Shown: positions 16,511 to 26,857, counted from the first letter of the stretch. The stretch: DNA of 45,029 bases from an uncultured Gemmatimonadota bacterium (GCA_964576115.1 CAZNUA010000030.1:1-45029), one strand, 5' to 3'. The notes: generated from the letters alone by a model not told the origin. Translations and numbers: made by a program.

Positions 16511-17680
16511 TTACCTGCCCCCTCCGCCCCCGGGAGGCACCTCTTCGGCGGTGCGGGCGTCACGGCCGCCGACCAGCACCCCTGCGCCCTGGCCCCGCCG
16601 GGCCCGAAGGTGTTCGGCGTAGGTGCGGCTGAAGATGTGCGTGCCGTCACCCCGGGCGACGAAGTAGAGGTAGTCGGTTTCGGCGGGCTGGACCGCGGCC
16701 CGCAGGCTGGCTTCGCCGGCATTGGCGATCGGACCGGGGGGCAGACCCCGGATGAGGTAGGTGTTGTACGGGTGATCGATCTCGAGATCGCGTTCCCACA
16801 ACCGCCGCTTGTAGCGGCCCAGGGCGTAGAGGACGGTGGCGCACGATTCCAGGCGCATACCCCGCCGCAGACGGTTGTGAAAAACGGCGCTGATGATCGG
16901 CCGCTCCCCCGCGCTGGCCGCCTCGCGCTCGATGATGCTGGCCAGAGTGACGACTTCATGCCGGCTCAAGTCGTGCTCGCGGGCCGGACCCGACAGGGCC
17001 CCTTCCCACAGGTCGAGAAACTGCCCGACCATGAGCCGGATCACGTCGGCGGCCGGCATGCGGTAGAAGATGTTGTAGGTCTCGGGCAGCAGGTACCCGG
17101 CCAGGGTTGCCGGAAGAAATCCGCCCTCCCCGGGCGGCAGAAGGCCGGCGATGAAGGTGGAATCGCTCACCAGGGTCATGAAGGTCGCCGAATCGACTTC
17201 GGCTTCGCGAGCCACGATCCCCGCGATCTCGTGCGCCCGGAGTCCTTCGGGGATGGTAACCAGTTCGTGGACCGTATCGCCGTTGGTGAGCCGGTGCAGG
17301 ACCGCCAGGACATTCTCTGAGCCGGGGAAGCGGAACCGCCCGGCCTGTATCGCACGCTGCGAGCCGGTCAGCCGGGCGGCGACGACCAGCGCGCGGGCAT
17401 TGTCGATCACCCCTTCGGCCTGCAGCCGCCGGGCGGTGACCGAGACCACCGTGCCCGGTTCGATGACGACCGTGACCGGTTCGGTGAGGACCTCCCCCGG
17501 ACGGCTCCAGAAGAGATCGGCCAGCACGAGACAGCCCAGGGCCACCACCACGCTCAGAGTGAGCAGCAGAACGCGAACCGTCCGGCCTGTCGGGCGGCGG
17601 GCGAGCCAGCCGGCCAGCAGAGCGGCGAGGAGCAGGGGCCCGAGGACCCAGAGAATCGATATCAGGACGAGTCCGCTCAC
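16511..17680 (-). CDS. mltG: Endolytic transglycosylase MltG
   Basis: VTIPEGL, GYLLPETY, LASIIEREA, VFHNRL, PYNTY..GLPPGPIAN, YLYFVA. Confidence 0.95.
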   Translation of the reverse strand: MSGLVLISILWVLGPLLLAALLAGWLARRPTGRTVRVLLLTLSVVVALGCLVLADLFWSRPGEVLTEPVTVVIEPGTVVSVTARRLQAEGVIDNARALVVAARLTGSQRAIQAGRFRFPGSENVLAVLHRLTNGDTVHELVTIPEGLRAHEIAGIVAREAEVDSATFMTLVSDSTFIAGLLPPGEGGFLPATLAGYLLPETYNIFYRMPAADVIRLMVGQFLDLWEGALSGPAREHDLSRHEVVTLASIIEREAASAGERPIISAVFHNRLRRGMRLESCATVLYALGRYKRRLWERDLEIDHPYNTYLIRGLPPGPIANAGEASLRAAVQPAETDYLYFVARGDGTHIFSRTYAEHLRARRGQGAGVLVGGRDARTAEEVPPGGGGGR

Positions 17681-18129
17681 CCGTCTTTCCCCTCCTGGCC
17701 CGGTTTTTCGGCGGCGCGGGTATCGAACCAGCTCTGCAGGATGAGGATAGCCGCGGCCGTGTCGATCATGCCTTTCCCCGCTTCGCTTTCGGCCCGCCGG
17801 CCGGCGGCCAGCCTGATCCGGTCGACTTCGACCGTGGTCAAACGTTCGTCCTGGAAGACGACCGGGCGGCCGAACCAGCCGGTGAGGCGGCGGGCGAAGG
17901 CCTCGACGGCCCGGCAGCGCTCCCCCCGCTCGCCCGCGAGCGTGCGCGGGTAGCCCACCACGAACAGCTCCGGCTCCCGCTCGGCGATGACCTCTGTCAG
18001 GCGGGTGCGCAGTTCACGCCGGGAGGCATAACCGATCATTCCCACGCCGGTCGCCACCCCGAGTTCCCGGGTTCCGGCGGCCACGCCGATCCGACGCTCA
18101 CCGAAATCGAAACCGATGATCGCGCTCAC
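17677..18129 (-). CDS. ruvX: RuvX/YqgF nuclease
   Basis: FDFGERRIGVA, VVGYP, DERLTT, IDTAAAILILQ; usual linkage with mltG. Confidence 0.93.
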   Translation of the reverse strand: MSAIIGFDFGERRIGVAAGTRELGVATGVGMIGYASRRELRTRLTEVIAEREPELFVVGYPRTLAGERGERCRAVEAFARRLTGWFGRPVVFQDERLTTVEVDRIRLAAGRRAESEAGKGMIDTAAAILILQSWFDTRAAEKPGQEGKDG

Positions 18130-18252
18130 ACCCGGCCGGCTTCCTCTGCCCTGGCAGCATGCATGCTGGCATGATAGGGGGTCGGGCCCGGCGGCGCACG
18201 GCCGAAGCGCGACCGGGTTGCGTCACAGCACCGCAGAACGTTTCTTCTCGTG

Positions 18253-20580
18253 ATGCGCATCATCCTGCACCCGACATCTCTGCGATCGGCCGGCGCTCTC
18301 GCCCTGCTGCTGACGCTGCCCGCCGGGGCCCTGGCCCGACCGCAAGGCCCCTCGGGCGGGTCGGACGGAACCTTTGTCGTCGACGAGGCCCGGATCGGAG
18401 CCGTGACAGCCTCTCACGCCATCCGGATCGATGGCGAGATCACCCCGTCCGAATGGCGGGGTGCACCGGTCATCACCGAATTCACGGCCCGTAATCCGGT
18501 CGAGGGAGCCGCACCGAGCCAGCGGACCGAAGTCAGGATCCTGTACGACGCCCACCGGCTGTATGTCGCCTTCACCTGCCACGACGACGAACCCGACGGT
18601 ATCGTCTACCGGGTCAGCACCCGCGACTCCTGGCTGCTGCAGAGCGACAAGATCCAGGTCGACATCGATCCCTATCACGATCGCCGCAACGCCTACCATT
18701 TCATCGTCACCGTCGCCAACACCCAGACCGACACCTACGGCATGGACATCAACTGGGACGGGGTCTGGGATTCGGCCACCCGCATCACCCCCACCGGCTG
18801 GAACGTCGAGCTGGCCATCCCCTTCACTGTTCTGCGCTTCGAACCGCAGGCCGAACATGTCTTCGGGATCAACTTCGGACGCACCATCCAGCGGACCAAG
18901 GAGGACCTGAACTGGCAGGCGTGGGCCCGGGACGACTGGTTGCGGGTCGACAAGTACGGCACCCTGGAGCAGCTGCGGGGCCTGCGCGGCGGCGGCAATC
19001 TCGAGGTCATGCCGTACGCCAAAGCCAGCCGGGAAAGGTACCACCGCTCCGGGACCGCCGACCTGGGGTACGAGCGCGACGGTCTGGGCGACATCGGACT
19101 CGATCTCAAATACAACCTCTCCAGCAACATGGCCCTCGACGTGGCCCTGAATCCCGATTTCGGCCAGATCGCTCCCGATGCCGAACAGATCAACGTCACC
19201 CGTTACGAACGCTATTACCACGAGCTGAGACCCTTTTTCCAGGAGGGGCAGAGCATCTTCCGCGCCCCCCTGCAGATCTTCTACAGCCGGCGGATCGGCA
19301 AGCAGCCTCCCGGGGGCGGCCCCGAGGCCAATCTCATGGCCGGCGCCAAACTGATCGGGCGAACCGGCCCCTGGCAGATCGGCCTGATCAACGCTCTGAC
19401 CGAACGGCGTGACTACAGTCTCGAGTATGCCGGAAGCGCCTATGAGGGAACCCTGCCGATGGCCGATTTCACGGTCGTGCGGGCTCAGCGCGACATCCTC
19501 GACCGCTCGACCGTCGGGGTGCTGGCGGCCAGTAAGGATTCCCGGACCGGGACCGATTATCTGGGCCGTACGGTGGCGCCCTATCAGCGCACACTGGGCC
19601 TCGACACGCACCTGCGCTCCGCCGACAACCACTACCTGACGGGTATGATCGCCCGCAGTCTGAACCACGGCCCGGGGGGTGACGACTGGGGGGGAGAGAT
19701 CTCGGCCGGACTGCGTTCCGATCTCTGGGAGTACGGGGCCAAGTTCACCTACCTGGGCCCCGAACTGGACGTCAACCAGATCGGCTACATCACCCAGGTC
19801 GACCGCCGGCGGGGCGGTTTCAACGTCGGCTGGAAACCCCGCCCCGAAGCCTGGGGAATCAGGCGGATCGAACTGAAAGCCAGCGCCGACGCCTCGCGCA
19901 ATTTCGCCGGAGAGTATACCTACGGCCGCTACCGCTTCGAAGGCACGGTCCAGGGTATGAACTACATGCAGCTCGAGGTTCAGGCCGGCCGCAGCGACAG
20001 CCGCTGGCGCGACGTCTATGCCCCGCAACCGTGGGCCACCTCCGAGACGGCCCGGGTCTATCAGGGCTGGGATTATCAGCTGAAGTTCAGTACCGACGGC
20101 AGCCTCGACTATTCCTTTTCGGCCACCGTCAACTGGGGTGACTTCCTCGATTACGGCGACTATTACCGGGGCCGCGATCTCTCTGTCCGCGCCGGGTTCA
20201 GCTTCCGCCCCAGCGCCCGCTTCTCGGGCAGTCTGAACCTGACCCATATCAGGGAATACCACCCCGGCGGCATCCTCGACGAGACCAAGAACCTGCTGGT
20301 GAGCCGGCTCTCCTACTATTTCACCTCCGCCGTGGCGGTGAAGCTCTACAATCAGTTCCGGCTCTATACCGTCAACGATGCAAACATCCCCGATAGCGGC
20401 GCCAACACCCTCAACGTGGTCTTCAGCTGGTTCATCAACGCCAAGAGCATTCTCTACGTGGTCTACAACGAGATCCGCGACGACGCCATCGCCGACCGCG
20501 CCTACTACGAACGCTACGGGGCCCTGCCGCTGAGCGACCGGGCCCTGCTGGTCAAGCTCACCTACTGGTTCGATTTCTGA
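18253..20580 (+). CDS. CBM9-like N-domain + DUF5916 probable outer-membrane beta-barrel protein
   Basis: IRIDG..EW, TEVRILYD..LYVAF, WDGVWDSA, ELAIPF, NPDFGQI, ELRPFFQEG, FYSRRIG; C-terminal beta-signal-like KLTYWFDF. Start at 18250 or 18253. Confidence 0.8.
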   Translation: MRIILHPTSLRSAGALALLLTLPAGALARPQGPSGGSDGTFVVDEARIGAVTASHAIRIDGEITPSEWRGAPVITEFTARNPVEGAAPSQRTEVRILYDAHRLYVAFTCHDDEPDGIVYRVSTRDSWLLQSDKIQVDIDPYHDRRNAYHFIVTVANTQTDTYGMDINWDGVWDSATRITPTGWNVELAIPFTVLRFEPQAEHVFGINFGRTIQRTKEDLNWQAWARDDWLRVDKYGTLEQLRGLRGGGNLEVMPYAKASRERYHRSGTADLGYERDGLGDIGLDLKYNLSSNMALDVALNPDFGQIAPDAEQINVTRYERYYHELRPFFQEGQSIFRAPLQIFYSRRIGKQPPGGGPEANLMAGAKLIGRTGPWQIGLINALTERRDYSLEYAGSAYEGTLPMADFTVVRAQRDILDRSTVGVLAASKDSRTGTDYLGRTVAPYQRTLGLDTHLRSADNHYLTGMIARSLNHGPGGDDWGGEISAGLRSDLWEYGAKFTYLGPELDVNQIGYITQVDRRRGGFNVGWKPRPEAWGIRRIELKASADASRNFAGEYTYGRYRFEGTVQGMNYMQLEVQAGRSDSRWRDVYAPQPWATSETARVYQGWDYQLKFSTDGSLDYSFSATVNWGDFLDYGDYYRGRDLSVRAGFSFRPSARFSGSLNLTHIREYHPGGILDETKNLLVSRLSYYFTSAVAVKLYNQFRLYTVNDANIPDSGANTLNVVFSWFINAKSILYVVYNEIRDDAIADRAYYERYGALPLSDRALLVKLTYWFDF

Positions 20581-20602
20581 AGCTCCGGGCCGGTCTTGCG
20601 TC

Positions 20603-20631
20603 TTGACCGCCCGGCACCGAATACCTAGTGT
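20603..20631 (+). promoter_or_regulatory. Putative sigma70 promoter for rmlAB
   Basis: TTGACC (20603-20608), 17 nt, TAGTGT (20626-20631). Confidence 0.55.
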
Positions 20632-20695
20632 CTGTCACACGACACAGGTCGGTACCGACAAACTTTCTCACCCTCTTCCGGAACGGAATCGTGTC

Positions 20696-21424
20696 ATGAA
20701 GGGCGTTGTTCTGGCCGGCGGTCTCGGCACCCGCCTCGCTCCCCTCACGCGGGTCACCAACAAGCACCTGCTCCCCGTCGACCGCAAACCGATGATTTTC
20801 TACCCGATCGAGGCTCTGGCGGGGGCCGGGATCCAGGAGATCATGATCGTCACCGGGGGCAACAATGCCGGCGATTTTCTGCGGCTGCTCCAGAACGGAC
20901 GGGAGTTCGGCCTCAAGCATCTCAACTACACCTACCAGGAGGGCGAGGGGGGGATCGCCGAGGCCCTCGGCCTGTGCCGGGCGTTCGTGGACGAGGATCC
21001 GGTGGCGGTGGTGCTGGGCGACAATATCCTCGAAAAGAGCATCCGGCCGCACGTCGAGGCCTATACCGAACAGGGCGGCGGGGCCCGGGTCCTGCTCAAG
21101 GAGGTACCCGATCCGCAGCGGTTCGGCGTGCCGCGGATAGAGGGCGATCGCATTACCGGGATCGTCGAGAAGCCTTCCGATCCGCCCTCGCGCTATGCCG
21201 TGACCGGTATCTATTTCTACGACCATCAGGTCTGGGAGATCATCGACGGGCTTGAACCGAGCAACCGGAACGAGCTCGAGATCACCGACGTGAACAATTT
21301 CTACATCGACCAGGGAACGATGCAGTACGGCGTTCTGGAAGGCTGGTGGTCGGACGCCGGTACTTTCGAATCGCTCAAACTCGCTTCGGATCTGGTCGCC
21401 CGGACGGGAGCGAACAATCCCTGA
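20696..21424 (+). CDS. rfbA: Glucose-1-phosphate thymidylyltransferase (short RmlA/SpsI type)
   Basis: MKGVVLAGGLGTRL, NKHLLPV, LGDN, VEKP, ELEITD, WSDAGT. Confidence 0.92.
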   Translation: MKGVVLAGGLGTRLAPLTRVTNKHLLPVDRKPMIFYPIEALAGAGIQEIMIVTGGNNAGDFLRLLQNGREFGLKHLNYTYQEGEGGIAEALGLCRAFVDEDPVAVVLGDNILEKSIRPHVEAYTEQGGGARVLLKEVPDPQRFGVPRIEGDRITGIVEKPSDPPSRYAVTGIYFYDHQVWEIIDGLEPSNRNELEITDVNNFYIDQGTMQYGVLEGWWSDAGTFESLKLASDLVARTGANNP

Positions 21425-21460
21425 CAGGATAAACCACCTGACAGGCTCCGGAGGTCTGGT

Positions 21461-22471
21461 ATGGGACATCTGGTGATCACCGGCGGCGCCGGCTTCATCG
21501 GCGCCAACTTCGTGCAGTGGCTCGTCGAGACCGAGCCCGGGCTCGAACTGGTCGTGGTCGATGCCCTTACCTATGCCGGGAACCTGGCCAACCTCGAGCC
21601 GGTCCGGGACCGGATCGGTTTCGAGCGGGTCGACATCACCGACGCCGAGACCATGGCCGGAATCGTCTCGGGAGCCGACGGGGTGATCAACTTTGCGGCC
21701 GAATCGCACGTCGACCGCAGCCTCGAGGATCCCGCCCCTTTCCTGCGCAGCAATGTCACCGGGGTGCAGGTCCTGCTCGACCTGGTGCGCACTCATTCGA
21801 TCCCCCGCTTTCTGCAGATTTCGACCGACGAAGTGTACGGATCGGCTCCCAAGGGGGTGCATTTTTCAGAAACGGATAGCCTGCAGCCCTCTTCGCCCTA
21901 TGCCGCCAGCAAGGCCGCCGGCGACCTGCTGGTCCTGGCTGCAATGCACACCTGGGGCCTGCCGGCCCTGATCACGAGGGCATCGAATAACTACGGACCC
22001 TATCAATTCCCCGAGAAACTGCTCCCGTTGATGATCACCAATATCATGGAAAACGCGCCCCTGCCCGTGTACGGCGACGGTCAGCAGAGGCGCGAGTGGC
22101 TGCACGTACGCGATCACTGCGCCGGAATCTGGGCCGCCTGGAAGCGCGGGGAACCGGGCCGCATCTACAACCTGAGTACCGGGGTGGACGTGCCCAACCT
22201 GGAGGTTATCCGGACCCTTATCGCTCTGATGAACGCTTCCGAGGATCTGATCACCTTCGTGACCGACCGACCCGGCCACGACCGCCGCTACGCTCTGGAT
22301 GTGAGCCGGGCCCGGGACGAACTCGGCTGGCAGTCAGAGGTCGATCTGGCCGACGGGCTGGCCGAAACGGTGGCCTGGTATACCGGGCACCGGCAGTGGT
22401 GGGAAGAGGTCAAGAGCGGGACGTACCGCGAGTACTACGATCGGATGTACGGCTCGCGCGACACGCTCTAA
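21461..22471 (+). CDS. rfbB: dTDP-glucose 4,6-dehydratase
   Basis: TGGAGFIG, FAAESHVDRS, STDEVYG, YAASK, NNYGPYQFPEK, DRPGHDRRY. Confidence 0.96.
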   Translation: MGHLVITGGAGFIGANFVQWLVETEPGLELVVVDALTYAGNLANLEPVRDRIGFERVDITDAETMAGIVSGADGVINFAAESHVDRSLEDPAPFLRSNVTGVQVLLDLVRTHSIPRFLQISTDEVYGSAPKGVHFSETDSLQPSSPYAASKAAGDLLVLAAMHTWGLPALITRASNNYGPYQFPEKLLPLMITNIMENAPLPVYGDGQQRREWLHVRDHCAGIWAAWKRGEPGRIYNLSTGVDVPNLEVIRTLIALMNASEDLITFVTDRPGHDRRYALDVSRARDELGWQSEVDLADGLAETVAWYTGHRQWWEEVKSGTYREYYDRMYGSRDTL

Positions 22472-22524
22472 CCCCCGGCTGTTCTCCTGTTTCGCCCATC
22501 TGGTACTTTTCTGCGCGAGGTTTC

Positions 22525-23100
22525 TCAGTCCTCGTCGGGCGGGACATAGCGGGGCAGGGGCCCGTAACCGAAGAGCCGGGCGAACCACCGGTGGGGAAGC
22601 CGGTGACGGTTCTCTTCATATTCGTCCACGGCTTCATTGTAAAGCCGCCGCGCCACCGCCGCGGCCTGGTTCAGTTCGCCCAGCTGGCGGCGCCAGACGG
22701 CCCGGCCGGGAGCGGGCACGGTCCCGGGCAGACGCTCGACCAGATCGGCGACGAGGGCGAAAACGCCGTCCACCTGCGCCTGGGCGCCGACTTCGGCTTC
22801 GAAATCGGGGGCGGCATCGAAATCCCGCTGGCGCAGACGCAGCCGGTCGAGAGCGGCTCCGAGAGCGGGCTCGAGTGAATCGGATTCGGCCAGGCGCGCA
22901 ACGAGGACGAGGCGCTCGTCGTGCACGTTGCGCACCTCATCCCAGGCGTCGAGCACGGTCTGCTCGCGGCTCTGCAGGGCCTCGAAGGAGGTTATCCCCA
23001 CGATTGCCGCCGCGAGGGTCAGGATGACCAGCGCGGTGAGCACCCCGAGCGTTCTGAGCAGGCGGCGCCGGCGGGTGGAATCGTTCTCCGTGCCGATCAT
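22525..23100 (-). CDS. lemA: Divergent LemA-family protein
   Basis: N-terminal TM, AW.EV...ER..LV, ARRLYNEAVDEY....LP...FARLFG; the usual YPDLKA motif is degenerate. Confidence 0.7.
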   Translation of the reverse strand: MIGTENDSTRRRRLLRTLGVLTALVILTLAAAIVGITSFEALQSREQTVLDAWDEVRNVHDERLVLVARLAESDSLEPALGAALDRLRLRQRDFDAAPDFEAEVGAQAQVDGVFALVADLVERLPGTVPAPGRAVWRRQLGELNQAAAVARRLYNEAVDEYEENRHRLPHRWFARLFGYGPLPRYVPPDED

Positions 23101-23115
23101 GATCTCAGATCGTCC

Positions 23116-23265
23116 TCACAGCAGGTTCTCCACCTCGTCGACACCGTTCTCGGTCTCGTCTTCCCCACCCTTGCCGCGGGTCGAGGTCAACCGGCGGCTG
23201 AGCAGGAAACCGAGCAGGAGCAGGGCGAAGATACCGCCTCCCATCAGGAGCAGGACGTCGCTCAT
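23116..23265 (-). CDS. 49-aa single-TM small protein (absent from the ORF track)
   Basis: MSDVLLLMGGGIFALLLLGFLLSRRLTSTRGKGGEDETENGVDEVENLL*; ATG overlaps the lgt stop (ATGA); GC3-rich codons; fills the lgt-lemA gap. Confidence 0.7.
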   Translation of the reverse strand: MSDVLLLMGGGIFALLLLGFLLSRRLTSTRGKGGEDETENGVDEVENLL

Positions 23266-24314
23266 TCACCTTGCCCCCCGGCGTCTGCCAGCCGGTTCCC
23301 GGTGTTTTTCCCTTCACCAGCGTCCGCTTCTGCGGCGACCGAAACGGGAGGCCGGGCGGGCCAGGCCAGGCCCGGCGGCCCCTTGCCCCTGACGACCTGT
23401 ACGATCACGAAGATCCCGGCCCCCAGGACCGCCAGACTGAGAATCTGTCCCATGGTCAGAGGTCCGAGCACGGTGCCCAGCGAATCGCCCGGTCCGGTGA
23501 ACTGCGGGTCGGGCTGACGGTAGTTCTCGACGACGGTGCGACCCAGACCGTAACCGATCAGGAAAATCCCTCCCAGCAGTCCGACCGGCAGGTGCCATTC
23601 GCGGCGGCGCACGAGCCAGACAATCGCCCAGAGCAGGGCGAAGAGCAGAACGCCCTCGAGGGCCGCTTCGTAGAGCTGGGAGGGGTGCCGGAGCGGGATC
23701 TGGCTCTCGATCTCACTCCACAGGCCGGCCTGACGGGCCGCCTCGGCGGCGCGGTAGATCTCGTCGGGAGTCCCGGGCGGGATCCCGAGCAGGCGCAGGG
23801 CCACCGGATCGGAGGGAAAACGCATGGCCCACGGCACTCCTTCGCCGGCGATGCGCCCGTAGAGTTCGGCGTTGACGAAATTGGCCAGACGCACCGCGGC
23901 GATCCCCGGCGGCGCCGCCAGCACGATCCCGTCGGCGATGGCCAGAAAGGGGATCTTCTCGCGCCGGCAGAACCACCAGAACGCCAGCACGACCCCGAGC
24001 AGACCGCCGTGGAAACTGAGCCCCCCCTCCCACAGCTTGATGATCTCGAGGGGGCGCAGCAGGCTCGAGGGATTGTAAAAAAGCATGTATCCGAGCCGGC
24101 CCCCGACGATCACACCCAGGGCCACCAGGCCCACCAGCTCCCCGACCTGCACCGGCTTCAGAGGCAGGCGTCCGGAGCGGGCCAGGGCGCGCAGGATCAG
24201 GTAGCCGAGCCCGAAGCCGACCAGGTACATCAAGCCGTACCAGCGCAGGGCGAAGGGCCCCGGCAGATCGAGCAGGACCGGGTTGATATGGGGAAATGTC
24301 CAGCCCGGGGTCAC
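23262..24314 (-). CDS. lgt: Prolipoprotein diacylglyceryl transferase
   Basis: LRWYGLMY, GGRLGY, GLSFHGGL, RLANFVNAELYGR, HPSQLYE, LTMGQILS. Confidence 0.96.
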   Translation of the reverse strand: MTPGWTFPHINPVLLDLPGPFALRWYGLMYLVGFGLGYLILRALARSGRLPLKPVQVGELVGLVALGVIVGGRLGYMLFYNPSSLLRPLEIIKLWEGGLSFHGGLLGVVLAFWWFCRREKIPFLAIADGIVLAAPPGIAAVRLANFVNAELYGRIAGEGVPWAMRFPSDPVALRLLGIPPGTPDEIYRAAEAARQAGLWSEIESQIPLRHPSQLYEAALEGVLLFALLWAIVWLVRRREWHLPVGLLGGIFLIGYGLGRTVVENYRQPDPQFTGPGDSLGTVLGPLTMGQILSLAVLGAGIFVIVQVVRGKGPPGLAWPARPPVSVAAEADAGEGKNTGNRLADAGGQGE

Positions 24315-25771
24315 GGTTGCTCCTCTTCGGAAGCGGGCGTCGGCGGCGGCCCGTCATCGTGGTTCTCTTCCTGCCTGCCGGACGATCCCGCGGTTTCGTC
24401 CCCCGCCCGTTCGGCGATCAGTTCGGCTCGTCGCCGGCGCAGCCAGGCGAGCCGTTCGGCCAGCCGGCTCTCGAGCCCCTGATCGGTCGGTTCGTAGAGC
24501 CGGATCCCGGACAACTCGTCGGGAAGATACACCTGCGGCGCCAGCGTGTCAGGGAAGTCGTGATCATACGCGTACCCGGCCCCGAAACCGAGCTGCTTCA
24601 TCAGACCGGTGGGCGCGTTGCGCAGGTGCAGCGGTACGGGATGAGCAGGATTCTCGCGCACCGTCCGCCGGGTTTTCTGTTCGGCCCGGTAGAGGGCGTT
24701 GCTCTTGGGCGCCAGGGCCAGGTAGACGACGGCCTCGAACAGGGCGATCTCGCCCTCGGGAGAACCGAGGAAGTGGTAGGCGTCCCGGGCCGCCAGGGCG
24801 ATGGTGAGCGCCCGCGGATCGGCCAGGCCGACATCTTCGGCAGCCATGCGGACCACCCGGCGGGCGACGAAGAGCGGATCCTCGCCCCCCTCCAGAATGC
24901 GCCCCAGCCAGTAGAGGGCGCCATCGACATCGCTCCCGCGCACGGCCTTGTGCAGGGCCGAGATGAGGTTGTAGTGCGCCTCTCCTTCTTTATCGTGCCG
25001 CAGCACCTTTTTCTGGACCAGACCGCGTATCAGCTCGGGACTCACCTCACCCGACTCCGCGGCCGCCGCCATCTCCACCAGCCCCAGCAGGGTACGGGCA
25101 TCGCCGTCGGCCAGGCCGATCACGAGCTCGCGGGTTTCCTCCGGCAGGGTAAGCGGTTCACCGTCGGTGCCCCGCACACTCCGCTCGGGATCGGTCAGGG
25201 CCCGGTCGAGAATGCGGCCCAGATCCTCGGCGCTCAGGGCCCGGAACTCGAAGACGGTCGACCGCGAAAGCAGGGGAGCGTTGACTTCGAAACTCGGGTT
25301 CTCTGTGGTGGATCCGACCAGCACGATCAGGCCCGCTTCCACGTGGGGCAGGAAGGCGTCCTGCTGCGCTTTGTTGAAACGGTGGATCTCGTCCACGAAG
25401 AGAATGGTCGGGCACCCCTCGACCCACTGCCGGCGCCGGGCCCGCTCGACGATCTCGCGTACCTCTTTGACCCCCGCCAGAACCGCCGAGAAGCTCTCGA
25501 ATGCGGCTCCGCCGTACTCGGCCAGCAACCGCCCCAGAGTGGTCTTGCCCGTCCCCGGCGGCCCCCAGAGGATCATGCTCGGGATCTGCCCCGATTCGAT
25601 CATCCGGCGTAGCGGCTGACCGGGGGCGAGGAGGTGATTCTGGCCGACGAATTCTTCCAGCGAGCGCGGCCGCAGGCGTTCGGCCAGCGGTACATGGACA
25701 GCGGGCGAGTTCGTCTCACCGGGCGCCGGAGCGAACAGATCGCCCCCGCCGCCGTTCGGGTCCTCAGCCAT
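24311..25771 (-). CDS. rarA: Replication-associated recombination protein A (RarA/MgsA)
   Basis: [56 protein letters not shown]. Confidence 0.96.
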   Translation of the reverse strand: MAEDPNGGGGDLFAPAPGETNSPAVHVPLAERLRPRSLEEFVGQNHLLAPGQPLRRMIESGQIPSMILWGPPGTGKTTLGRLLAEYGGAAFESFSAVLAGVKEVREIVERARRRQWVEGCPTILFVDEIHRFNKAQQDAFLPHVEAGLIVLVGSTTENPSFEVNAPLLSRSTVFEFRALSAEDLGRILDRALTDPERSVRGTDGEPLTLPEETRELVIGLADGDARTLLGLVEMAAAAESGEVSPELIRGLVQKKVLRHDKEGEAHYNLISALHKAVRGSDVDGALYWLGRILEGGEDPLFVARRVVRMAAEDVGLADPRALTIALAARDAYHFLGSPEGEIALFEAVVYLALAPKSNALYRAEQKTRRTVRENPAHPVPLHLRNAPTGLMKQLGFGAGYAYDHDFPDTLAPQVYLPDELSGIRLYEPTDQGLESRLAERLAWLRRRRAELIAERAGDETAGSSGRQEENHDDGPPPTPASEEEQP

Positions 25772-25811
25772 GGCAATCAGGTGGTGGGAAGGGAGTCAGT
25801 GCTCTGAGTCA

Positions 25812-26789
25812 CTAGTGGCCGAGCACGTCGGCAAGGCGGTCTTCGTAATAGTGATACCAGGGGTTCACCTCCTTGCCGTTGAACTTGATCTCGTAGTGGA
25901 GGTGGTACCCCGTCGACCGGCCGGTGTTACCCACATAGCCGATGACCTCGCCCCGGCTGACCGTGGCACCCTGGCGGGCCCGGGCGTGCAGGTGGTCGAG
26001 ATGACCGTATATGGTCCGATAACCGTTGCCGTGATCGATCTCGACGTAATTACCGAAGCCAAAACGGCTGGGGCCACTCTTGTCACTCTCGGCTACCCTG
26101 ATGCGGCCGTCGGCGGTGGCCCGGACCGGGGTGCCCCTGGCCGCCGCCCAGTCGTTGCCCCAGTGAAATCGGCGGTCGTTATACAGGGGATCGTCGCGCC
26201 AGCCGAAGGCCGAACTCATCCGGGTGCGGTAGCGGCTCTGATCGATCGGGGTGATGCTGGGATAGCCGAGCAGAAAGGCTTCGGATTCTTCGAGCCGGGT
26301 GGTGATCTCGAGCAGCGATTCCAGTTCGAGCTGGGCCTCCCGGTTGAGCTGGTTCAGGCGGCTCTGCACGTCCTTGACCCGGCTCCCCGTCTCGCTCGAG
26401 AGCAGGAGCACCTGGCTGTTGAAATCCAGCCGGCCGCCGACCCCGGCCCGGCGGATCTCCTCGGCCAGCGGTTCCATCTCGGCCATCATCCGCAGGGCGT
26501 CGTCGCGCCGGGCGATGACCTGCATCTGATCCGACAGGGCCAGTACGGTGCGGTCCATCTCGTCGAGCTGGGTGCGCAGGATCTGGTTCTCGCGCTGCAG
26601 GCGGGCATACTCGACCCCATCAACCAGGCCGGTACCGTAGGTTGCTGCCATGGCCACGAAGATGACGGCTGCCGTCGCGATGCCCGCAGCCGTCAGGATG
26701 ATCGAGGAAGCTGAAAGCCGGAATTCGCGCACACCCCGGCTCTCGTTCCCGCGGGGTACGATCAGAAGTGAAAAGCCGTTGCGGTCCAT
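25812..26789 (-). CDS. M23-family peptidoglycan metalloendopeptidase (TM + coiled coil + LytM)
   Basis: SSAFGWR, HWGND (HxxxD), YGHL, GRSTGYHLHYE (HxH). Start at 26789 or 26795. Confidence 0.92.
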   Translation of the reverse strand: MDRNGFSLLIVPRGNESRGVREFRLSASSIILTAAGIATAAVIFVAMAATYGTGLVDGVEYARLQRENQILRTQLDEMDRTVLALSDQMQVIARRDDALRMMAEMEPLAEEIRRAGVGGRLDFNSQVLLLSSETGSRVKDVQSRLNQLNREAQLELESLLEITTRLEESEAFLLGYPSITPIDQSRYRTRMSSAFGWRDDPLYNDRRFHWGNDWAAARGTPVRATADGRIRVAESDKSGPSRFGFGNYVEIDHGNGYRTIYGHLDHLHARARQGATVSRGEVIGYVGNTGRSTGYHLHYEIKFNGKEVNPWYHYYEDRLADVLGH

Positions 26790-26857
26790 CGGCACCTCAG
26801 CGAGTATTGCCCGGGCTCACCAGGCGCACGTCCCCCTCGTGCGCGAATCGCCTGAGG

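Noticed and set aside
20696-22471. Polysaccharide biosynthesis island
   Set aside because: Only rmlA-rmlB; no rmlC/D, glycosyltransferases or exporters nearby.
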